NCBI GenBank assembly: GCA_964057225.1
Contig: OZ059896.1
Span: 434,001-498,000 of the forward strand
Direction: 5' to 3'
DNA length: 64,000 nucleotides
Origin: Auanema rhodensis
Lineage: Eukaryota > Animalia > Nematoda
The position numbers were made by a program, and so were the translations under genes. Below are positions 53,001 to 64,000 of the stretch, one piece after another. The notes under the pieces were generated by a model. That model did not search any database, was not told where the DNA came from, and worked only from the letters and a program-made list of their open reading frames with translations. Every line of letters starts with the position of its first letter. Position 1 is the stretch's first letter.

Positions 53001-56000
53001 TAATTAGCATAAATTAAAGTTCACGTAAATTTCAAAGTCATGGTTACCATGAACCAATATCAATAAAAATTTGTTTTTAGACTAATATGGACATGGGGAA
53101 TCTAATTTTGAAAACCGCATCTCTTTATCTTTCACGTGAAGCGAGTTACATACCAAGTGCACATCACGTGTACATTTAATTAGCATAAATTAAAGTTCAC
53201 GTAAATTTCAAAGTCATGGTTACCATGAACCAATATCAATAATAAATTTGTTTTTAGACTAATATGGACATGGGGAATCTAATTTTGAAAACCGCATCTC
53301 TTTATCTTTCACGTGAAGCGAGTTACATACCAAGTGCACATCACGTGTACATTTAATTAGCATAAATTAAAGTTCACGTAAATTTCAAAGTCATGGTTAC
53401 CATGCACCAATATCAATAAAAATTTGTTTTTAGACTAATATGGACATGAGGAATCTAATTTTGAAAACCGCATCTCTTTATCTTTCACGTGAAGCGAGTT
53501 ACATACCAAGTGCACATCACGTGTACATTTAATTAGCATAAATTAAAGTTCACGTAAATTTCAAAGTCATGGTTACCATGCACCAATATCAATAAAAATT
53601 AGTTTTTAGACTAATATGGACATGGGGGATCTAATTTTGAAAACCGCATCTCTTTATCTTTCACGTGAAGCGAGTTACATAACAAGTGCACATCACGTGT
53701 ACATTTAATTAGCATAAATTAAAGTTCACGTAAATTTCAAAGTCATGGTTACCATGAACCAATATCAATAAAAATTTGTTTTTAGACTAATATGGACATG
53801 GGTAATCTAATTATGAAAACCGCATCTCTTTAACTTTCACGTGAAGCGAGTTACATACCAAGTGCACATCACGTGTACATTTAATTAGCATAAATTAAAG
53901 TTCACGTAAATTTCAAAGTCATGGTTACCATGCACCAATATCAATAAAAATTTGTTTTTAGACTAATATGGACATGGGGAATCTAATTTTGAAAACCGCA
54001 TCTCTTTATCTTTCACGTGAAGCGAGTTACATACCAAGTGCACATCACGTGTACATTTAATTAGCATAAATTAAAGTTCACGTAAATTTCAAAGTCGTGG
54101 TTACCATGCACCAATATCAATAAAAATTTGTTTTTAGACTAATATGGACATGGGGAATCTAATTTTGAAAACCGCATCTCTTTATCTTTCACGTGAAGCG
54201 AGTTACATACCAAGTGCACATCACGTGTACATTTAATTAGCATAAATTAAAGTTCACGTAAATTTCAAAGTCGTGGTTACCATGCACCAATATCAATAAA
54301 AATTTGTTTTTAGACTAATATGGACATGGGGAATCTAATTTTGAAAACCGTATCTCTTTATCTTTCACGTGAAGCTAGTTACATACCAAGTGCACATCAC
54401 GTGTACATTTAATTAGCATAAATTAAAGTTCACGTAAATTTCAAAGTCATGGTTACCATGCACCAATATCAATAAAAATTTGTTTTTAGACTAATATGGA
54501 CATGGGGAATCTAATTTTGAAAACCGCATCTCTTTATCTTTCACGTGAAGCGAGTTACATACCAAGTGCACATCACGTGTACATTTAATTAGCATAAATT
54601 AAAGTTCACGTAAAATTCAAAGTCATGGTTACCATGCACCAATATCAATAAAAATTTGTTTTTAGACTAATATGGACATGGGTAATCTAATTTTGAAAAC
54701 CGCATCTCTTTATCTTTCACGTGAAGCGAGTTACATACCAAGTGCACATCACGTGTACATTTAATTAGCATAAATTAAAGTTCACGTAAATTTCAAAGTC
54801 ATGGTTACCATGCACCAATATCAATAAAAATTTGTTTTTAGACTAATATGGACATGGGGAATCTAATTTTGAAAACCGCATCTCTTTATCTTTCACGTGA
54901 AGCGAGTTACATACCAAGTGCACATCACGTGTACATTTAATTAGCATAAATTAAAGTTCACGTAAATTTCAAAGTCATGGTTACCATGAACCAATATCAA
55001 TAAAAATTTGTTTTTAGACTAATATGGACATGGGGAATCTAATTTTGAAAACCGCATCTCTTTATCTTTCACGTGAAGCGAGTTACATACCAAGTGCACA
55101 TCACGTGTACATTTAATTAGCATAAATTAAAGTTCACGTAAAATTCAAAGTCATGGTTACCATGCACCAATATCAATAAAAATTTGTTTTTAGACTAATA
55201 TGGACATGGGGAATCTAATTTTGAAAACCGCATCTCTTTATCTTTCACGTGAAGCGAGTTACATACCAAGTGCACATCACGTGTACATTTAATTAGCATA
55301 AATTAAAGTTCACGTAAATTTCAAAGTCATGGTTACCATGCACCAATATCAATAAAAATTTGTTTTTAGACTAATATGGACATGGGGAATCTAATTTTGA
55401 AAACCGCATCTCTTTATCTTTCACGTGAAGCGAGTTACATACCAAGTGCACATCACGTGTACATTTAATTAGCATAAATTAAAGTTCACGTAAATTTCAA
55501 AGTCGTGGTTACCATGCACCAATATCAATAAAAATTTGTTTTTAGACTAATATGGACATGGGGAATCTAATTTTGGAAACCGCATCTCTTTATCTTTCAC
55601 GTGAAGCGAGTTACATACCAAGTGCACATCACGTGTACATTTAATTAGCATAAATTAAAGTTCACGTAATCTTCAAAGTCATGGTTACCATGCACCAATA
55701 TCAATAAAAATTTGTTTTTAGACTAATATGGACATGGGGAATCTAATTTTGAAAACCGTATCTCTTTATCTTTCACGTGAAGCTAGTTACATACCAAGTG
55801 CACATCACGTGTACATTTAATTAGCATAAATTAAAGTTCACGTAAATTTCAAAGTCATGGTTACCATGCACCAATATCAATAAAAATTTGTTTTTAGACT
55901 AATATGGACATGGGGAATCTAATTTTGAAAACCGCATCTCTTTATCTTTCACGTGAAGCGAGTTACATACCAAGTGCACATCACGTGTACATTTAATTAG

Positions 56001-59000
56001 CATAAATTAAAGTTCACGTAAAATTCAAAGTCATGGTTACCATGCACCAATATCAATAAAAATTTGTTTTTAGACTAATATGGACATGGGTAATCTAATT
56101 TTGAAAACCGCATCTCTTTATCTTTCACGTGAAGCGAGTTACATACCAAGTGCACATCACGTGTACATTTAATTAGCATAAATTAAAGTTCACGTAAATT
56201 TCAAAGTCATGGTTACCATGCACCAATATCAATAAAAATTTGTTTTTAGACTAATATGGACATGGGGAATCTAATTTTGAAAACCGCATCTCTTTATCTT
56301 TCACGTGAAGCGAGTTACATACCAAGTGCACATCACGTGTACATTTAATTAGCATAAATTAAAGTTCACGTAAATTTCAAAGTCATGGTTACCATGAACC
56401 AATATCAATAAAAATTTGTTTTTAGACTAATATGGACATGGGGAATCTAATTTTGAAAACCGCATCTCTTTATCTTTCACGTGAAGCGAGTTACATACCA
56501 AGTGCACATCACGTGTACATTTAATTAGCATAAATTAAAGTTCACGTAAAATTCAAAGTCATGGTTACCATGCACCAATATCAATAAAAATTTGTTTTTA
56601 GACTAATATGGACATGGGGAATCTAATTTTGAAAACCGCATCTCTTTATCTTTCACGTGAAGCGAGTTACATACCAAGTGCACATCACGTGTACATTTAA
56701 TTAGCATAAATTAAAGTTCACGTAAATTTCAAAGTCATGGTTACCATGCACCAATATCAATAAAAATTTGTTTTTAGACTAATATGGACATGGGGAATCT
56801 AATTTTGAAAACCGCATCTCTTTATCTTTCACGTGAAGCGAGTTACATACCAAGTGCACATCACGTGTACATTTAATTAGCATAAATTAAAGTTCACGTA
56901 AATTTCAAAGTCGTGGTTACCATGCACCAATATCAATAAAAATTTGTTTTTAGACTAATATGGACATGGGGAATCTAATTTTGGAAACCGCATCTCTTTA
57001 TCTTTCACGTGAAGCGAGTTACATACCAAGTGCACATCACGTGTACATTTAATTAGCATAAATTAAAGTTCACGTAAATTTCAAAGTCATGGTTACCATG
57101 CACCAATATCAATAAAAATTTGTTTTTAGACTAATATGGACATGGGGAATCTAATTTTGAAAACCGTATCTCTTTATCTTTCACGTGAAGCGAGTTACAT
57201 ACCAAGTGCACATCACGTGTACATTTAATTAGCATAAATTAAAGTTCACGTAAATTTCAAAGTCATGGTTACCATGAACCAATATCAATAAAAATTTGTT
57301 TTTAGACTAATATGGACATGGGGAATCTAATTTTGAAAACCGCATCTCTTTATCTTTCACGTGAAGCGAGTTACATACCAAGTGCACATCACGTGTACAT
57401 TTAATTAGCATAAATTAAAGTTCACGTAAATTTCAAAGTCGTGGTTACCATGCACCAATATCAATAAAAATTTGTTTTTAGACTAATATGGACATGGGGA
57501 ATCTAATTTTGGAAACCGCATCTCTTTATCTTTCACGTGAAGCGAGTTACATACCAAGTGCACATCACGTGTACATTTAATTAGCATAAATTAAAGTTCA
57601 CGTAAATTTCAAAGTCATGGTTACCATGCACCAATATCAATAAAAATTTGTTTTTAGACTAATATGGACATGGGGAATCTAATTTTGAAAACCGTATCTC
57701 TTTATCTTTCACGTGAAGCTAGTTACATACCAAGTGCACATCACGTGTACATTTAATTAGCATAAATTAAAGTTCACGTAAATTTCAAAGTCATGGTTAC
57801 CATGCACCAATATCAATAAAAATTTGTTTTTAGACTAATATGGACATGGGGAATCTAATTTTGAAAACCGCATCTCTTTATCTTTCACGTGAAGCGAGTT
57901 ACATACCAAGTGCACATCACGTGTACATTTAATTAGCATAAATTAAAGTTCACGTAAAATTCAAAGTCATGGTTACCATGCACCAATATCAATAAAAATT
58001 TGTTTTTAGACTAATATGGACATGGGTAATCTAATTTTGAAAACCGCATCTCTTTATCTTTCACGTGAAGCGAGTTACATACCAAGTGCACATCACGTGT
58101 ACATTTAATTAGCATAAATTAAAGTTCACGTAAATTTCAAAGTCATGGTTACCATGCACCAATATCAATAAAAATTTGTTTTTAGACTAATATGGACATG
58201 GGGAATCTAATTTTGAAAACCGCATCTCTTTATCTTTCACGTGAAGCGAGTTACATACCAAGTGCACATCACGTGTACATTTAATTAGCATAAATTAAAG
58301 TTCACGTAAATTTCAAAGTCATGGTTACCATGAACCAATATCAATAAAAATTTGTTTTTAGACTAATATGGACATGGGGAATCTAATTTTGAAAACCGCA
58401 TCTCTTTATCTTTCACGTGAAGCGAGTTACATACCAAGTGCACATCACGTGTACATTTAATTAGCATAAATTAAAGTTCACGTAAAATTCAAAGTCATGG
58501 TTACCATGCACCAATATCAATAAAAATTTGTTTTTAGACTAATATGGACATGGGGAATCTAATTTTGAAAACCGCATCTCTTTATCTTTCACGTGAAGCG
58601 AGTTACATACCAAGTGCACATCACGTGTACATTTAATTAGCATAAATTAAAGTTCACGTAAATTTCAAAGTCATGGTTACCATGCACCAATATCAATAAA
58701 AATTTGTTTTTAGACTAATATGGACATGGGGAATCTAATTTTGAAAACCGCATCTCTTTATCTTTCACGTGAAGCGAGTTACATACCAAGTGCACATCAC
58801 GTGTACATTTAATTAGCATAAATTAAAGTTCACGTAAATTTCAAAGTCGTGGTTACCATGCACCAATATCAATAAAAATTTGTTTTTAGACTAATATGGA
58901 CATGGGGAATCTAATTTTGGAAACCGCATCTCTTTATCTTTCACGTGAAGCGAGTTACATACCAAGTGCACATCACGTGTACATTTAATTAGCATAAATT

Positions 59001-62000
59001 AAAGTTCACGTAAATTTCAAAGTCATGGTTACCATGCACCAATATCAATAAAAATTTGTTTTTAGACTAATATGGACATGGGGAATCTAATTTTGAAAAC
59101 CGTATCTCTTTATCTTTCACGTGAAGCGAGTTACATACCAAGTGCACATCACGTGTACATTTAATTAGCATAAATTAAAGTTCACGTAAATTTCAAAGTC
59201 ATGGTTACCATGAACCAATATCAATAAAAATTTGTTTTTAGACTAATATGGACATGGGGAATCTAATTTTGAAAACCGCATCTCTTTATCTTTCACGTGA
59301 AGCGAGTTACATACCAAGTGCACATCACGTGTACATTTAATTAGCATAAATTAAAGTTCACGTAAATTTCAAAGTCATGGTTACCATGCACCAATATCAA
59401 TAAAAATTTGTTTTTAGACTAATATGGACATGGGGGATCTAATTTTGAAAACCGCATCTCTTTATCTTTCACGTGAAGCGAGTTACATACCAAGTGCACA
59501 TCACGTGTACATTTAATTAGCATAAATTAAAGTTCACGTAAATTTCAAAGTCATGGTTACCATGAACCAATATCAATAAAAATTTGTTTTTAGACTAATA
59601 TGGACATGGGTAATCTAATTTTGAAAACCGCATCTCTTTATCTTTCACGTGAAGCGAGTTACATACCAAGTGCACATCACGTGTACATTTAATTAGCATA
59701 AATTAAAGTTCACGTAAATTTCAAAGTCATGGTTACCATGCACCAATATCAATAAAAATTTGTTTTTAGACTAATATGGACATGAGGAATCTAATTTTGA
59801 AAACCGCATCTCTTTATCTTTCACGTGAAGCGAGTTACATAGCAAGTGCACATCACGTGTACATTTAATTAGCATAAATTAAAGTTCACGTAAATTTCAA
59901 AGTCATGGTTACCATGCACCAATATCAATAAAAATTTGTTTTTAGACTAATATGGACATGAGGAATCTAATTTTGAAAACCGCATCTCTTTATCTTTCAC
60001 GTGAAGCGAGTTACATACCAAGTGCACATCACGTGTACATTTAATTAGCATAAATTAAAGTTCACGTAAATTTCAAAGTCATGGTTACCATGCACCAATA
60101 TCAATAAAAATTAGTTTTTAGACTAATATGGACATGGGTAATCTAATTATGAAAACCGCATCTCTTTAACTTTCACGTGAAGCGAGTTACATACCAAGTG
60201 CACATCACGTGTACATTTAATTAGCATAAATTAAAGTTCACGTAAATTTCAAAGTCATGGTTACCATGCACCAATATCAATAAAAATTTGTTTTTAGACT
60301 AATATGGACATGGGGAATCTAATTTTGAAAACCGCATCTCTTTATCTTTCACGTGAAGCGAGTTACATACCAAGTGCACATCACGTGTACATTTAATTAG
60401 CATAAATTAAAGTTCACGTAAATTTCAAAGTCATGGTTACCATGCACCAATATCAATAAAAATTTGTTTTTAGACTAATATGGACATGGGGAATCTAATT
60501 TTGAAAACCGTATCTCTTTATCTTTCACGTGAAGCGAGTTACATACCAAGTGCACATCACGTGTACATTTAATTAGCATAAATTAAAGTTCACGTAAATT
60601 TCAAAGTCATGGTTACCATACACCAATATCAATAAAAATTTGTTTTTAGACTAATATGGACATGGGGAATCTAATTTTGAAAACCGCATCTCTTTATCTT
60701 TCACGTGAAGCGAGTTACATACCAAGTGCACATCACGTGTACATTTAATTAGCATAAATTAAAGTTCACGTAAAATTCAAAGTCATGGTTACCATGCACC
60801 AATATCAATAAAAATTTGTTTTTAGACTAATATGGACATGGGTAATCTAATTTTGAAAACCGCATCTCTTTATCTTTCACGTGAAGCGAGTTACATACCA
60901 AGTGCACATCACGTGTACATTTAATTAGCATAAATTAAAGTTCACGTAAATTTCAAAGTCATGGTTACCATGAACCAATATCAATAAAAATTTGTTTTTA
61001 GACTAATATGGACATGGGGAATCTAATTTTGAAAACCGCATCTCTTTATCTTTCACGTGAAGCGAGTTACATACCAAGTGCACATCACGTGTACATTTAA
61101 TTAGCATAAATTAAAGTTCACGTAAATTTCAAAGTCATGGTTACCATGCACCAATATCAATAAAAATTTGTTTTTAGACTAATATGGACATGGGGAATCT
61201 AATTTTGAAAACCGCATCTCTTTATCTTTCACGTGAAGCGAGTTACATACCAAGTGCACATCACGTGTACATTTAATTAGCATAAATTAAAGTTCACGTA
61301 AAATTCAAAGTCATGGTTACCATGCACCAATATCAATAAAAATTTGTTTTTAGACTAATATGGACATGGGGAATCTAATTTTGAAAACCGCATCTCTTTA
61401 TCTTTCACGTGAAGCGAGTTACATACCAAGTGCACATCACGTGTACATTTAATTAGCATAAATTAAAGTTCACGTAAATTTCAAAGTCATGGTTACCATG
61501 CACCAATATCAATAAAAATTTGTTTTTAGACTAATATGGACATGGGGAATCTAATTTTGAAAACCGCATCTCTTTATCTTTCACGTGAAGCGAGTTACAT
61601 ACCAAGTGCACATCACGTGTACATTTAATTAGCATAAATTAAAGTTCACGTAAATTTCAAAGTCGTGGTTACCATGCACCAATATCAATAAAAATTTGTT
61701 TTTAGACTAATATGGACATGGGGAATCTAATTTTGGAAACCGCATCTCTTTATCTTTCACGTGAAGCGAGTTACATACCAAGTGCACATCACGTGTACAT
61801 TTAATTAGCATAAATTAAAGTTCACGTAAATTTCAAAGTCATGGTTACCATGCACCAATATCAATAAAAATTTGTTTTTAGACTAATATGGACATGGGGA
61901 ATCTAATTTTGAAAACCGTATCTCTTTATCTTTCACGTGAAGCGAGTTACATACCAAGTGCACATCACGTGTACATTTAATTAGCATAAATTAAAGTTCA

Positions 62001-64000
62001 CGTAAATTTCAAAGTCATGGTTACCATGAACCAATATCAATAAAAATTTGTTTTTAGACTAATATGGACATGGGGAATCTAATTTTGAAAACCGCATCTC
62101 TTTATCTTTCACGTGAAGCGAGTTACATACCAAGTGCACATCACGTGTACATTTAATTAGCATAAATTAAAGTTCACGTAAATTTCAAAGTCATGGTTAC
62201 CATGCACCAATATCAATAAAAATTTGTTTTTAGACTAATATGGACATGGGGGATCTAATTTTGAAAACCGCATCTCTTTATCTTTCACGTGAAGCGAGTT
62301 ACATACCAAGTGCACATCACGTGTACATTTAATTAGCATAAATTAAAGTTCACGTAAATTTCAAAGTCATGGTTACCATGAACCAATATCAATAAAAATT
62401 TGTTTTTAGACTAATATGGACATGGGTAATCTAATTTTGAAAACCGCATCTCTTTATCTTTCACGTGAAGCGAGTTACATACCAAGTGCACATCACGTGT
62501 ACATTTAATTAGCATAAATTAAAGTTCACGTAAATTTCAAAGTCATGGTTACCATGCACCAATATCAATAAAAATTTGTTTTTAGACTAATATGGACATG
62601 AGGAATCTAATTTTGAAAACCGCATCTCTTTATCTTTCACGTGAAGCGAGTTACATAGCAAGTGCACATCACGTGTACATTTAATTAGCATAAATTAAAG
62701 TTCACGTAAATTTCAAAGTCATGGTTACCATGCACCAATATCAATAAAAATTTGTTTTTAGACTAATATGGACATGAGGAATCTAATTTTGAAAACCGCA
62801 TCTCTTTATCTTTCACGTGAAGCGAGTTACATACCAAGTGCACATCACGTGTACATTTAATTAGCATAAATTAAAGTTCACGTAAATTTCAAAGTCATGG
62901 TTACCATGCACCAATATCAATAAAAATTAGTTTTTAGACTAATATGGACATGGGTAATCTAATTATGAAAACCGCATCTCTTTAACTTTCACGTGAAGCG
63001 AGTTACATACCAAGTGCACATCACGTGTACATTTAATTAGCATAAATTAAAGTTCACGTAAATTTCAAAGTCATGGTTACCATGCACCAATATCAATAAA
63101 AATTTGTTTTTAGACTAATATGGACATGGGGAATCTAATTTTGAAAACCGCATCTCTTTATCTTTCACGTGAAGCGAGTTACATACCAAGTGCACATCAC
63201 GTGTACATTTAATTAGCATAAATTAAAGTTCACGTAAATTTCAAAGTCATGGTTACCATGCACCAATATCAATAAAAATTTGTTTTTAGACTAATATGGA
63301 CATGGGGAATCTAATTTTGAAAACCGTATCTCTTTATCTTTCACGTGAAGCGAGTTACATACCAAGTGCACATCACGTGTACATTTAATTAGCATAAATT
63401 AAAGTTCACGTAAATTTCAAAGTCATGGTTACCATACACCAATATCAATAAAAATTTGTTTTTAGACTAATATGGACATGGGGAATCTAATTTTGAAAAC
63501 CGCATCTCTTTATCTTTCACGTGAAGCGAGTTACATACCAAGTGCACATCACGTGTACATTTAATTAGCATAAATTAAAGTTCACGTAAAATTCAAAGTC
63601 ATGGTTACCATGCACCAATATCAATAAAAATTTGTTTTTAGACTAATATGGACATGGGTAATCTAATTTTGAAAACCGCATCTCTTTATCTTTCACGTGA
63701 AGCGAGTTACATACCAAGTGCACATCACGTGTACATTTAATTAGCATAAATTAAAGTTCACGTAAATTTCAAAGTCATGGTTACCATGAACCAATATCAA
63801 TAAAAATTTGTTTTTAGACTAATATGGACATGGGGAATCTAATTTTGAAAACCGCATCTCTTTATCTTTCACGTGAAGCGAGTTACATACCAAGTGCACA
63901 TCACGTGTACATTTAATTAGCATAAATTAAAGTTCCGTAAATTTCAAAGTCATGGTTACCATGAACCAATATCAATAAAAATTTGTTTTTAGACTAATAT
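20077..64000. repeat. 176-bp satellite DNA array, right arm (~250 monomers), same orientation as the left arm
   Basis: Same monomer continuous to the window end. Indels noticed: +1 near 49018 and 53243, -1 near 63936. Confidence 0.99.

Noticed and set aside
1-64000. Apparent 2640-bp periodicity
   Set aside because: Display artefact: 2640 is the least common multiple of 176 and the 60-nt line width.

Overview
Eukaryotic repeat region. About 58 kb of the window is one head-to-tail array of a 176-bp, ~32% GC satellite (about 330 near-identical monomers, with local higher-order repeats of 5, 10, 16, 17 and 24 monomers). It is interrupted once (14129-20076) by an apparently full-length ~5.95-kb CR1-like non-LTR retrotransposon flanked by a 5-bp ACGTG target-site duplication. 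The element has 76 copies of an 18-bp repeat at its 5' end, a pyrimidine-rich leader, an ORF1 with one internal TGA, an intact APE-endonuclease/RT ORF2 and a ~490-bp 3' UTR without a poly(A) tail. The main observation is that ORF2 has no ATG before its endonuclease domain and lies in the +1 frame relative to ORF1. The last codons of full-length ORF1 are TCC TTT CGT TAA, the UCC_UUU_CGU +1 ribosomal frameshift motif known from influenza A PA-X. A +1 slip there lands exactly in ORF2 and would give a 1296-aa ORF1-ORF2 fusion. The host is not determined; a nematode-like ORF1 is only an impression.
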